A stretch of DNA of 64,000 nucleotides. It comes from Octopus vulgaris (Eukaryota). Below, in pieces: positions 1-13,359 of this stretch. The position numbers and the translations under genes were made by a program. How positions within the stretch are numbered: the first letter of the stretch is position 1; every line of letters starts with the position of its first letter. Where the stretch lies: contig OX597822.1 in NCBI GenBank assembly GCA_951406725.2, positions 76,942,001-77,006,000 of the forward strand, read 5' to 3'. The notes beneath the pieces are model-generated. The model did no database searches, was not told the origin of the DNA, and was given only the letters and a program-made list of their open reading frames with translations.

Positions 1-689
1 ACACACATATGTAGAAGAATACATACATATATATATATTCATATATGTATATTATGTATGTATGTATTCATATTTCTGTTGCAAATAGTCACACTACAGA
101 GGACGTTGTCCATTGTATAAAGCTTATTACTGCTTCCTGTAAACACAGCAAAGGCAATATATACACACCCATGCATCTCAAAGTTTACTCAACCCCACCT
201 TCTAAACTGCTCCATACTCCAGTACCCTCTTTACCCCACCACCACCACACCACACACACACACACACACTCCTAGATATTTGTCTCCAACCACCTCCCAT
301 ATTTTCTGGAGTTCATTCCCATTGTTTCCCTATAATAGTATGGAAGAACAAAAGGACCCTTATTCTCTGTCAAAGGTTCCATTGAAAAGCACACTGCAAT
401 CATCTGAACTATAGCCATAAGAGGATAGTCAGATAACATGCATGATTAGCTTTCATTTGTCTTGGGCTTATTGGTCATGCTGTTGCTGTTGTTGCTGCTG
501 CTGTTGCTCTATCCAATGATGATGATGATGATGTTCTTAATATCGTTATTGTTGTTGATGTTGATTTAATCATCCCTTTTGATGAAGGAAGGCTATGGAA
601 AGTGGGGTATATCTTAATTATAATACATGCCATATTGAAATGTAAAAAACCCTTTCCCCTACCCCTTCTTTACAGTATTATAATTCTTG

Positions 690-724
690 TTAGTGTTGTT
701 GTTATTATCATCATCATCATCATT

Positions 725-755
<31 letters not shown>

Positions 756-773
756 TCATCATCATTATTATTA

Positions 774-804
<31 letters not shown>

Positions 805-972
805 CATTATTCTCATTCTTTATTATTATTATTATTATCATCATCTTCAACATCGTCATCCTTATTAATATTATTATTGTTATTGTTGTCCTTGTGGCCA
901 ATAAAGAAAGAATCATTATTATTATCATTATTACTATCATCAACGCTATTACTATATCACCATAATCATCAG

Positions 973-1024
<52 letters not shown>

Positions 1025-1150
1025 ATTATTATTATTATTTTGTTGTTCACGTTACTTAGTAGTAGTAGTAATAGCAGCAGCAGTGTTATTACTGTTATTG
1101 ATATTATCAATATTATTATAATCATCATCATCATCCTCAGCAGCAGCAGC
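690..1150. repeat. Compound (ATT/ATC/AGC)n trinucleotide microsatellite
   Basis: Directly visible; source of the poly-I/L/N ORFs. Confidence 0.95.
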
Positions 1151-1697
1151 AGCATCGGCATGATAATTTTCGTTTGTTTGTTTGTTGGTTTGTTCATTGT
1201 TATCAACAAAAGTCCTTGTTGATGTTCGTTATCTAAATATTCTTTATGTCTTGGTGCTATCTCTTCACACTGAATGGAAATAGAATTAAAAATATAACAA
1301 ACAAAATAAATAAATAAATAATTAAAACTACAATCTTTCACCCACTAACCATCGCACCCTATGGTAGCAAACATTTTCCCGGGTCAATTATTTAAGTGAG
1401 ATCTTATTGTTGTGAGGTGTTCTTTCAAATACTGCCGCCGCCACTTATGATTATAATACCGCTGCTATTGTTGTTGCTGCTGCTGTTCTTGTTGTTGCTT
1501 TTGTTGCGTTGTCATTTTTTTTATCTTATTGATCACATCTTTAATACCACTTGGCCCTTGTACCCCCATTATCTTGTTTCCTAGGTTACAAGATTATGCC
1601 TGAGAGAGCAATGTCAAATATTAATATAAAAACATTAGATTTTATGTGTACATATATATATGTGTGCGTGTGTATGTGTGTGTGTGTGTATGTATTC

Positions 1698-1769
<72 letters not shown>

Positions 1770-1843
1770 GTATGCATGTATATGTATATTTATGGGTGGA
1801 TGTATTTGTATGTAGCTACATTTGTGTGCATATATATATATTT

Positions 1844-1874
<31 letters not shown>

Positions 1875-2073
1875 CACACACACACATACATACACACAAT
1901 ATATTTATAATTATATTATAATATATAACATACATGATATTCATGTGTGTGTATGTGTATATATATGTATATATTTATAATATATATACATACTCAAATA
2001 TCTATATATATATATATACACACACATGCACATACACACATTCTTATATAATATAATTATACACATATATATT

Positions 2074-2111
<38 letters not shown>

Positions 2112-2174
2112 TTTATATACATATATCTAAATATATTTTTGTAATAAATATATATATATACATAACCATATAAC

Positions 2175-2233
<59 letters not shown>

Positions 2234-3179
2234 ATATGTGTATATATGCATATGCATGCTTCTTACTCACCTCTACATTTTCTCTCACTACCTTCTCCCC
2301 CATAACTTATCTACCCTTTTTCATCTTTCCCTCCTCAGACCTTCCCTCATGACCTCCTACATCTCTCAATCCTTTTATGACTCTCTCAGGATTCCTTTTC
2401 ACTCTCCACTACTGGTCCCCTGCTCATTCCCTCCCCCTTACACCTTCTATTCATACTCCCTCCATATGATGCTGGATAACCCTAGCCATCCCTTACACAT
2501 CAACCCAAACACTTTTTTTTCAGCCCTATTCCTCCCCATTTTCCCAACCCTGTCACTAAACTCTTTCATTTGTCCCTGTTCCCTGTCATACTCACCCCTC
2601 TTCTCCTCTTATCTATGGCCCCTTCTTCTCTCTGCCTCCAATTATCATGCACCCTTTCTTCCTCTATTCTCCTTGTACAACACACTTAAGGCCCTTAACC
2701 TTGCAAATAATGAGGCAATGATTACAAGTGCTGGTGCCATTAAAAAACAAAAAGGAAGTACCCCGGGTAAACTCTGTAAAATGGTTGATGTCGGGGATGG
2801 GGGTTCCCAGCCACAGCAATTGTTATGATGCAAACCTTCAAAATCATTAGAAGCTGTCAAACTGTACAACCTAAGCCACTATGGAAGCTGAGCATTATAT
2901 GATGATGATGAGGATGATGATGACGATGACAACTAATACTGCTGCTGATGATTATGATGATTATGATGGTGATCAGTGTAATGTGTCTATCAATATGATA
3001 AATATTTAATATGTATAATATATGTGTATGCGTATATATATGTGTGTGTGTGTGTGTATATACATATGGACATACAAACATATATACACACACACACTCA
3101 TACACACATATACACACATACATATAGACATGTAGGGTCATGATCCAAAGCACACTGGAACTATCTGTGTGTGTTTGTG

Positions 3180-3238
<59 letters not shown>

Positions 3239-4140
3239 CTGCAGAGGTGGGTGTGTGGTGAGTAACTTGCTTACTTACAACATGGTCCGGGGTTCAGTCT
3301 CACTGTGTGGTACCTTGGGCAAGTGTCTTCTACTATATATAGCCTGAGGCCAACCAAAACCTTGTGAGTGGATTTGGTAGTTGGGAACTGAAAGAAACCT
3401 GTTGCGTGTGTGAGTGTGTGTGTGTGTGCATGTGTGCATGTGTGTGAATGTGTGTGCCTGTCTTGACTTCATGTGATAATTGTGAACAAATGTCACCGGA
3501 ATGCAAGACAGGTTGTCCTTCTTTTCCAATCCTCCAGGAAAATGAATCTGGTCATGGCAAAATATTACCTTGCTTGGAAACAGAAGAGGCTTGGTAACAG
3601 GAAGTGCATCCAGCTGTAACAAATCTGCCTCAAATTTGGTCCAACCCATGCAAGCATGGAAAAGTAGGCATTAAAATAATGATGATGATGAAGATATATA
3701 TCTATGTGTGAATGTTTTATATATATATATATATATATATGTACATATATACATATATTTACTAATAACTATATATATATGTATGTGTGTGTATGTGTCT
3801 GCATATATCTATGCATCAACGTTTACATGTATCATCATTTTAATGTTCATTTGTATACATGTGTATATATGTATAATTACATGTATATGCATATATACAT
3901 ATAAGAGGGATGACCACTAAGTGGACATCCATATGTTAGAAGTCGACCCCCTATGGTCTTACCACTAGGAAAGGAATGTTCTCAAGAAAATTTAACAAAC
4001 ACCAGAACGTAAGTGAGCAAGACAAAAGAAAAAACACAAAATATACAGATTGCATATATATATATATAGATCAAAAATGGAAGGTGGACAAGCAAAGCAT
4101 TTGGGGTTATTCAAGGATATTTACTTCATAATAAAGAATA

Positions 4141-4377
4141 CTGTAATCTGTCAACTATCATGGATGTTATGTTCCAAAACCTCTCACAGAAATAATTAAA
4201 ATATAAAAAAAATCTAAATACCTATCAGTCACAGAAACCCATGATAAACTGAAGATTCCATGATATAAATTTATATATATTAGCCAGAAAAATCTGCGAT
4301 GTACTGTGTGCACAATAGGTGAACCACAAAGTATTGAGTGTTCAATAGGTGAACTGTGATATGGTTAGAGATTACTG
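4141..4377. mobile_element. Tc1/mariner (pogo/Tigger-like) MITE
   Basis: TA|CTGTAATC ... GATTACTG|TA termini with TA duplication. Confidence 0.6.
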
Positions 4378-4632
4378 TACAAAGTATTTGCATATAGCTA
4401 TATGTAAATGTATACACATATATCTTTGATCACATTGTTTACATAGACATACTCATATACAAAATGTCGTAACTTTCAATGCTAGCTCTAGTTTCGACAG
4501 AAAACCTGTAAAGATAACTTTAAAAAGTGATTGAATTGCACTGCTAACACAGCTAGGACATAGTATTAATTTATAAGCTTTTAGTCTACTTGGTAGTGTA
4601 TTATTGTTGTGTAATGATATATGGTGCCTTTA

Positions 4633-4898
4633 AAAATATAAAATGAATAAATGCACCCTTTTAAAGCCTAGCCAGGCTCATGGGTCCGGTTTCTCGGTTT
4701 CTATGGCGTATGTGTTCCTAGCTGGATGGGACGCCAGTCCATCACAGCATTACTCATTTTTGCCAGCTGAGTGGACTGGAGCAACGTGAAATGAAGTATT
4801 TTGCTCAAGAACACAATACATCTCCTGGTTCAGGAATCGAAACCACAATCTTACAATCATGATGCTGACACCCTAACCACTAAACCACGCACCTCCAC
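4633..4898 (-). mobile_element. tRNA-derived SINE family D with 14-bp target-site duplication
   Basis: TSD atatggtgccttta at 4619-4632 and 4899-4912. Minus-strand A box (tggtttagtgg) and B box (gtttcgattcc). Related copies near 12740, 19600, 38815, 43375 and 59535. Confidence 0.88.
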
Positions 4899-5613
4899 AT
4901 ATGGTGCCTTTACCAGCAATTAATATTATATATATATATTAATGTTTGTTTCTAAATCAAATTATGATAAAAATAGGTTTGCATTAATCTGAAGGTTTAC
5001 TCAATATTTTTTCGTGGGAAGATCAAAAAAGAAAACTTCCCCTTCTTGTAGCAAGTCATACTCAATATTCTTTTCTACTCTAGGCCCAAGGCCCAGAATT
5101 TTTGGGGAGGTGGGGCCAATTGATTAGATCGATGCCAGTATGCAACTGGTACTTAATTCATAGACCCCGAAAGGATGAAAGGCAGAGTCGACCTCAGAGG
5201 AAATTGAACTCTGAGTGTAAAGACAGGCGAAACACCGCTGGACCCAGTGCACTTTGCATTGGCCAGGTGATTAGATCAACATTCCCCATGGTCAGAAATT
5301 TTGTCCATCGCAGAGTTAACCATTTAAAGCTGAGGGGGACTGGAACAACATGAAGGGGAGTGTTTTGCTCAGGAACACAATGTGAAGCCAGTCTGAGAGT
5401 TGAAATTATGACCTCATGATTGTGGGTGCAACACACCTAACTACTAGATCATGCGCTTTCACGAGTGTGTGTGCGTGTATGTACATATATATCTATTTAT
5501 TTATATATATATATATTAATAAATTCCAGGGTAGCAAAAAACAATTTAGAAAATTTCTTTGCTACCAGTGGTCTAGTGAGAAGAAAAAACTAGTCAGTAG
5601 ACTATATATTATT

Positions 5614-5898
5614 CATATAAAAATACAGTGTACATTTGAACACATAAGAGATGGTCATAACAGGATATCTGACCCGTTAGAAGGAGTAGTTAAACTCCAA
5701 GCCATTATTAGGGGTAATTTCAAAAGGGAATTACTTGAAACCATGGTACAAGAGATAGAGGATAAATGTTTTTATTTTTCACTCCCTTTCAAAATTACCC
5801 CTAATAGTGGTTTGGAGTTTAACTACTCCTTCTAGCGGGTCAGATGTCCTGTTATGGCCATCTCTTATGTGTTTAAATGTACGCTGTATTTTTATATG
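5614..5898. repeat. Long inverted repeat, 107-bp arms
   Basis: 5614-5720 versus reverse complement of 5792-5898: ungapped, 7 differences. Confidence 0.95.
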
Positions 5899-6036
5899 CA
5901 TATATATATATGTATGTTTATACACATAAATATGTATATTACAATCGTAAACATGAGGGTATTAAATTAACATAATTAACATAAATAAAAGTCATAAGCT
6001 ATAACGTTTTTAAAAAATATAAGAGTGTATAAACAT

Positions 6037-6265
6037 TATACACAGAGAGGAGACCCTTGACAGGACTGCTTACACGCTAGAAAGGGCAGTTAAAATCCAA
6101 ACCACGAAAAAAAAGACAAACAATGAATTAGTTAATCTTAATGCATTTTTTGTTTGTTCTGATGTTATAACAGTGTGTCTCATGAATTCTTTTTTCATGG
6201 TTTGGGTTTTAACTGCCCTTTCTAGCATGTAAGCAGTCTTGTCAAGAGTTTCCTCTCTGTGTATA
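6037..6265. repeat. Inverted repeat, ~75-bp arms
   Basis: tatacacagagagga..gctagaaagggcagttaaaa / ttttaactgccctttctagc..tcctctctgtgtata. Confidence 0.92.
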
Positions 6266-6273
6266 CTCTCTCT

Positions 6274-6483
6274 CTTTTACTCTTTTACTTGTTTCAGTCA
6301 TTTGACTGTGGCCACCACCTTTAGTCGAGCACATTGACCCCAGGACTTATTCTTTGTAAGCCTAGTACTTATTCTATTGGACTCTTTTGCCAAACTGCTA
6401 AGTTACAGGATGTAAACACACCAGCATGGGTTGTCAAGCGATGTTGGGGGGGGGGGGGGACAAACACAGACACACAAACATAA

Positions 6484-6539
<56 letters not shown>

Positions 6540-6692
6540 GACAGACTTCTTTCAGTTTTCATCAACCAAATTCACTCACAAGGGTTTGGTTGGCCCGAGG
6601 CTACAGTAGAAGACACTTGCCCAAGGTGCCACACAGTGGGACTGAACCTGCAACCATGTGGTTGGTGAGCAAGCTACTTACCACACAGCCAC
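6274..6692 (-). mobile_element. SINE family A copy
   Basis: Reverse-complement match to family A. Confidence 0.85.
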
Positions 6693-7489
6693 TCTATACC
6701 TATAAAAATATTTTATACACTTTATATTTTTATAAATATGTATGTGTGTGTATGCATGTATTTGTATGTGTGTGTGTGTGTGCACGCGTGTGCAACTATA
6801 TATCTTCCAGTTGTGACCAAACAAATTAGAATTTCAAGTATTAAAACAAGGACAATCAACTAGCCTCTTAACCATCAAAGAAGGAAGCCATCAAACAAAC
6901 AAACACAACAAAACAAACAAACAAATAACCAGACAATGATGATAAATTAGTTTATGTTTGCCCACCAACAGAAATGAATAAATAGGAATAAACTGGTAGT
7001 TCCTCGTGATACCATAATCTAATCAACTTCCTTTGTAAGGGTTCTTTATTTATTTATTTTACTGTTATATTTAAGAAATTATATTTTTCATCTTTTGAAA
7101 TATTTGTTTATATTTGTGGGTTTTTTTGGGTTTTTTTTTTCATTTTTGAGTGTTCATTGTTTATTTGGTCTTGTTTGTGTATTCCCCCCTGCCCCACCGT
7201 CATAATTATCAGTGCTAATAGCTTTTGTAAAGAGATAATAAATCTATCACTTGTTGCTTTAATCTGTGAGCTAAAGTAAAAGAAAAAAAAAGAAATGCAC
7301 TTCAAAGATGTTGTTATTGAATATATTTTTTAAACACCAATGTGGAACAAAACAGACTTATCTTGAGAAACCTTAGCTTTCTTATAACAAAATTCTTTAT
7401 TTTGTTAGTCTCCTTTAAAAAATACATAAATAAACAACAGTAATACTGTAAATTGAGAAATTAACACAATGGAAACAGGTAAAAATAGT

Positions 7490-7832
7490 GCCATTAAACC
7501 AAATTCTCAGTATATATCCTGTCTTTCGAATGTTGGGCCTCACAGAGGCAATGACCAAGACCTGTGGCATTATGTTGTACTTGAGAAGAAGACCCAGCAA
7601 CCCAAGCAAAAATCGCAGTTGTGGCAGACACACCAGTGTCATGCAGATTGGTACCTGTGCTGGTGGCACATAAACGCACCCCAGAGTGGCTGGCATTTGT
7701 AATGGCATCCAGCTGCAGAAAACCATTCCAAATCAGACTGGTGTCTGGTGCAGCCTTCCAGCATGCTAGCCTTGGTCAAACCGTCCAACCCATGCCAGCA
7801 TGGACAATGGATGTTAAATGACGATGATGATA
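7490..7832 (+). mobile_element. RTE-type LINE 3' end / family C tail
   Basis: Degenerate LGLTEAM..DLWHYVVLEK C-terminus followed by the tail ggcatccagctg..gaaa..cccatgccagcatgga..gttaaa(tga)n, shared with many short copies (8690, 19340, 34760, 54670). Confidence 0.6.
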
Positions 7833-8399
7833 TCAGACTGTTTATTATCTATAGACAGAGATAATCCACTTATTCACTTTGGATTATATTTCTCTTTTCA
7901 ATACCTACAGAATGTGTTTATCTAGTCAACATCTTATAGATTATATTTATCCAGTTAGCATCGGCATGTAAGGCAGTGTGCTACCAGAATTGTTACCATG
8001 CCAGGAAATATGCTTAGCAGCTTTTCATGTTTTGACAATCTGATTTCAAAAGTCGATAAAATAAGTACCAGTTGTGAGCTACGGTTGATATGATGTACCT
8101 ACTACCTCTCACGGAATTGCTGGCCTTGTGTAAAAATTTGTAAATTATGTTATCATCTTGACTAGCAAACTGTCTTGGAGTGTCTGCAGAAATCATACAA
8201 ACTTTGTCTCCTCCTCAGAATCACCATCATCATTGTTATCATCATCACCATGACCATCACCTTCATCTCTACCATCAGATAAATATTTGTATGAATTTTG
8301 ATTTTCAAGTAACTTTTCCTGTTTTTTTTTTGAGTGGGGTGCAGATGGTTGTTTTTTCTTTTTTTTATTAAGTTCATTTATTCATTGTTTCTATTTCAG

Positions 8400-8628
8400 G
8401 AGTCCACACGCAGTCAGTCTGGGCAACTGGCACATTGTGAAACTATCACGTACAGGACGAGATGGTATCTTGGAAGTTGACAATCAACCACGAGCAGAAG
8501 GTTTGTCTCAGGGTGCCTATACCCAGCTGACACTTCTACAAGACCTGTACATTGGTGGACATCAAAACTTTGATGAAACATCCAAATATGCCAACATTTC
8601 AACATCATTTTCTGGATGTATTCAAAAA
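8400..8628 (+). CDS. EGFLAM: Pikachurin/EGFLAM-like protein, internal exon (second half of a laminin G domain)
   Basis: Acceptor ctatttcag|G, donor AAA|gtaag. Translates SPHAVSLGNWHIVKLSRTGRDGILEVDNQPRAEGLSQGAYTQLTLLQDLYIGGHQNFDETSKYANISTSFSGCIQK, resembling the pikachurin LG2 region as I recall it (LGNWH..SRT..GIL.VD.Q..EG...FSG.IQK). Upstream exons were not found in the window. Confidence 0.9.
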
Positions 8629-9044
8629 GTAAGAATTTTATTTTATTATTTACTAATTTATTTGTTTATTACCATCCAATCATGGTCAATGCCTCTGGCT
8701 CCTATGCCAGTGGCACATAAAAAGCACCCACTATACTCTCGGAGTGGTTGGCGTTAGGAAGGGCATCCAGCTGTAGAAACACTGCTAAATCAGATTGGGG
8801 CCTGGTGCAGCCTCCTGGCTCCCAGACCTCAGTCGAACTATCTAACCCAGGCCAGCATGGAAAATGGATGTTAAACAATGATGATGATGATTTAATAGAT
8901 TACAATGTTTGCTGGTGGTGGTGGTGGATAAGTGATGTAGTGGTTATCGTTTTGGTCATGCTAGTATAAGTGAGGGCAGATATCTTGTTTATCATGAAAG
9001 TGCTGCAAAGGGTCTCCTTTTTCTTATATCATTCTGCACCAGCA

Positions 9045-9257
9045 AGGCAGCAAGCTAGCAGAAACGTTAGTACGCTATGTAAAATGCTTAGCGGTATTTC
9101 ATCTGTCTTTACGTTCTGAGTTCAAATTCCACCAAGGTCGACTTGGCCTTTCATCCTTTTGGGGTCGATAAATTAAGTACCAATTATGTACTGGGTCGAT
9201 CTAATCGACTGCCTCCTCCCCAAAATTTTCGGGTCTTGTGCCTAGAGTAGAAAAGAT
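9045..9257 (+). mobile_element. SINE family B copy
   Basis: gctggcagaaacgttag..aaatgcttagcggtattt..ttctgagttcaaattcc..ctttcatcc..aagtacca..gtgcctagagtagaaaag. Other copies near 5066(-), 10730-11180, 38101, 49000 and 58250(-). Confidence 0.85.
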
Positions 9258-9334
9258 TATGCTACACCAGCTAAATCAACTATAATTTCTTCTACTAAAG
9301 CTTCAAACATCTTCACAAATTGTTACTCAGACGT

Positions 9335-9636
9335 GTAAAGATTATTTGCCAACATAACAAGGCAGTCCTGATTTAGGGCATATGTTGCTGGAATATGGCA
9401 GTGCCACCTCTAGCCAAATAATTTTTCTGTGCTGATGAAGGGATATAACCTGGAAATTGCGATACACAGATAATATTGTTTTGAGCTGAGTTGGGGTGCT
9501 AGATCCCCTTGTTTGAAAATATAAGGACACAGATCGTGTTGTATAGCCAGCTGGAGACAATGTCTCCTGGGGTTAAATTACAGCAACATTAGTCCTAAAC
9601 CAGGACTGCCATGTTATGTTGGCAAATAATCTTTAC
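9335..9636. mobile_element. MITE with ~60-bp terminal inverted repeats
   Basis: gtaaagattatttgccaacataacaaggcagtcctg ... caggactgccatgttatgttggcaaataatctttac. Confidence 0.8.
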
Positions 9637-10692
9637 TCCAAAGTATTGTTACTGAATATCTCTCATTGTGAGATTTACAAATAGTAATTTTCTTATGTTA
9701 CTCAGAGGTTTCATCTTCCCATTCATTGGACAGTTGTGATGAATAATTATCCAACGAATGGGAATGTGAAATTCTGAATAACAGTTTCTGAAGATGTTTG
9801 CAGTTGAAGAGTATTCAGCAGAAAAACAATGCTTCAAGAGTCTGTATACATCTACACAGGTATGGTTGCATGGTTAGGAAGTCTGCTTCCCAACCATGTG
9901 GTTTAGTGTTTAGTTCCACTGTGTGACACCTTAGGCAAGTGTTTCCTACAATATGGCCTCCAGCCTTATCAGTGGATTTGGTAGACAGAAACTGAAAGAA
10001 GACTTGATTTACTTATTGAATTTATTTATCGATACTGTTATATGTAGAGTGAATGTGTTTGAAAGTTGTGGTTTCTTTGGTACGTCTGCTCACAAACAAC
10101 ACTTATTTTAGTGCTGTTGACACTGCTGGATTGAGTGGTACTACACAGGTGTCGAAACTATAATGATATCCATGGGACAGCTGATGATGGAGGAATGTTG
10201 GTATGGCTGTTTTTGTATATGTGGGAAAATATTATAACACAACCTTTTGATATACTTATACATGTGTGGCTGTGTGTGTACCATATCGGGCAAGTGTTTT
10301 CTGGTATGACCCTGGGCTGGCCAAAGCCTTGTAAGGGGAACTGTTCAATGGAAATTGAAAGACATGTATTGTATATGCATACATGTGTATTTGAAGAAGT
10401 GCTGAGCTACAAATAATTGAATTTGTTGACATGTCCCGTCAGCAAATCATCTGCCTGCTCTGCCCCACCCCTCAAATTTTCAGACATTTTACCTAAATAA
10501 GAAACAATTATCAAAGGTTGAGTGTTGATGGAATCTTTACAATGGCAGGGAAAATATAAATTTTTCACATTTTGTGTTCAAATATCTTGCTTTTCATCCC
10601 TCCTGGGTCAGTAATGTAATTGTTAAGTACTGATGCTGATGTAATCAACTTACTCCCTCCCCTCAAAATTTCTAGCAAAAATTAGAAAGAAA

Positions 10693-10732
<40 letters not shown>

Positions 10733-11339
10733 AGTGGTGAGCCGACAGTCACATTAGAAATGCTTACTCTTTTACTTGTTTTCAGTCATTTGACTGTGGC
10801 CATGCTGTAGCACCACCTTGGTATTTCGTCTGTCTTTACAGTCTGAGTTCAAATTCTGCCGAGGTCAACTTTGTCTTTCATCCTTTCAGGGTTGATGAAA
10901 TAAGTACCAGTCATGTACTTAGGTTGATATAATTGCTGGCCTTGTGCCAAATTTGAAACGATTAAATGCAGTGAGCCGGCAGAATCATTAACCCATCAGA
11001 CAAAACACTTAGCAACACTTCCTCTGGCTCTTTATGTTCTGAGTTCAAATCCTGCTGAGGCCAACTTTGTTTTCATCCTTTCACAGTCAAACGAATAAAA
11101 TACCAGTCTTATACTAGGGCGCATGTAACTGTTTTTACTCTTCTCTCAAAATTGCTGGCCTAGTTACTAAAATTAGACTCAACTATGATTCTTGTTACTC
11201 ATATTCATATTGGTTTTCTTATTATAAGCTTTAGGTTGGATATAAAGAAGAATTATTGTAAATAACGAACGCATGCTTATATGTATAGATTCGTTATTTA
11301 TTCATATGTACGGTGTGCCTGTTGTCTGTGTGTATGTGG

Positions 11340-11705
11340 GGGTATATACATGTATATATTTATATATATGTATGTATTTCTATATATTTATGTATATATA
11401 TATATATATATATTTGTATATCTACATATTTATGTATATATATATATATATATTTGTATATCTTTGTATATTTGTATATATATTTGTATATATTTATATT
11501 TATGTATATATGTACATATGTATGTGTGTATGTATATATGTGTGTGTATATATATGTGTGTATATATATGTGTGTATATATATATATGTATGTATACATA
11601 TGTATATATGTGTGTGTATATATGTATGTATATAAATATATATGTGTATGTATATATGTGTATATATATATATGTATGTATGTATATATATATATATAAA
11701 TATAA

Positions 11706-11743
<38 letters not shown>

Positions 11744-11745
11744 AG
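11340..11745. repeat. Compound (TA/TG)n microsatellite block (representative; similar at 1640-2250, 16380-16800, 21700-22360, 49500-49800, 50360-50760, 51530-51930, 52430-53000)
   Basis: Directly visible; source of the YI/CV/HT-repeat ORFs. Confidence 0.95.
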
Positions 11746-13359
11746 TGAAGTGTGAAAGAATGAAAAAAATAAAGGAGAAATAAAGTCTTATTTTATTCTC
11801 CTCCATCGCATTTTTATCCACACACATGTAAACAGAGGCATTCACACACATGCACATACATACACACACACACACACACAAACACACACAGAGGAATATA
11901 TGATATACTAGACAGAATTTCTGAAGAAATTCTTCTTCATTTGTTAGTATTCAGTTTCAGGAAGTGGAAAAAATATTAAAAAAAAGAAGAAAAAATGACA
12001 AACATCAAATCTTTCCTGTCTTTGTCTGTGGAACTGTTGATTACGCATCAAACAGTGGCGTCGAAGATCTGGCATGAGAGCTGATAAAAGAGACGTTTAT
12101 ACAGAGGTTCTTTGGCCAACAAACCTCTACTGAGGAACAACCCCACCACCAATTCCATCACCACAATTATCTTCCTTTTCATTATGGTCATCATCATTAT
12201 TATTCGCCATTTCTATTCACCTGAGTTGATAAAAGATCCTCTGTGTGGTTGTTCAACTTGCTAGAAATAGCTGAAATTTTGCTCTCAAGTCTTATCCAAC
12301 TGTCTTAAGGAAAAGACGCATTCAGGATAAAGACTTGTGTGCTAAGACCACTTCTATACTCTGTCTCCAAATGCTGGAATCGGTGTCTGATCAGGTAGTA
12401 TAGTGGCTCTGAATACCAGAGCTACTCACCAATATAGGCAACAAAACTCCAAAATAGCTGCACAAGCTTCATTGTGTCAGGTATTGTGACTCTAGGCCAG
12501 ATGTTCCTGTCACCCTCAATGCTTGTTCTTCCTACACCCCACTCTCTCTCTCTCTCTCTCTCTCTTACTCGCTCTCTCCCTCTCTCGCTGACTGTAATGG
12601 CTTGCATTCTCAGCTGCATCTGACAAGTTTCTGCTAACATCTTTTCTCTCCTTCCCAGCAAGATAATGGAATCTTAAATCTTTTGGGTTGGATGGGTCAT
12701 TTTGTGGTAGTATTTTATGGCGAGTCATTCCTTTTAGTGTGGAGGCACATGGCTTAGTGGTTAAGGTGTTGGACTCTTGATCGTAAGATTGTGGTTTCAG
12801 CTCCTGGACTGGGCGATGTATTGTGTTCTTGAGCAAAATATTTCATTTCATGTTGCTCCAGTCCACTCGGCTGGTTAGAATGAGTAAATTTGTGACGGAT
12901 CAGTGTATTGTCCAGGCGGAGAATTTATATATCATGGTAACCAGTCAGCATGAGTCAAGAAGGAAACTTAGCCTTTACTTTACTTTACTTGTTACAGCCC
13001 TTTTAGTTACCACCTATGACATTTAGAGTGTACCTATTCTAAAAACTTATTATTATTATTGTTATTATTATCATTATTCAGGTCACTGCCTGGAATCGAA
13101 CTCAGAATCTTGGGGCTAGTAGCCTGCACTCTTAACCACTATGGCATATGCTTGTGGGCATATGGCGTAGTGGTCAAATGTAAATAATGTAAATAATGTC
13201 GATTAAAGCTGTTCTGGGGTTCAATGACAGTGACAACTATTTATACAGCTACAAACCAATAAGTGAGACATTAGGTAGTTGTGTGATTTGCTAAAAGCAG
13301 TAGCCAAATCTCATTTGAGTCATGTCTTACAGTCTTAATAAAAAGTGAAGAATAGATTA

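Noticed and set aside
952-1341. Minus-strand acceptor ttccattcag|TGTGAAG as the partner exon for the 12430 donor
   Set aside because: Phase-1 joining hits an immediate stop; other frames stop or run into microsatellite.
602-2260. Many ORFs rich in I/L/N, YI, CV or HT (here and throughout the window)
   Set aside because: Translations of microsatellites, open in several frames on both strands, with no splice or domain support.
5416-5835. 139-aa ORF over the long inverted repeat
   Set aside because: No recognisable domain; it spans a SINE end, a microsatellite and a palindrome arm.
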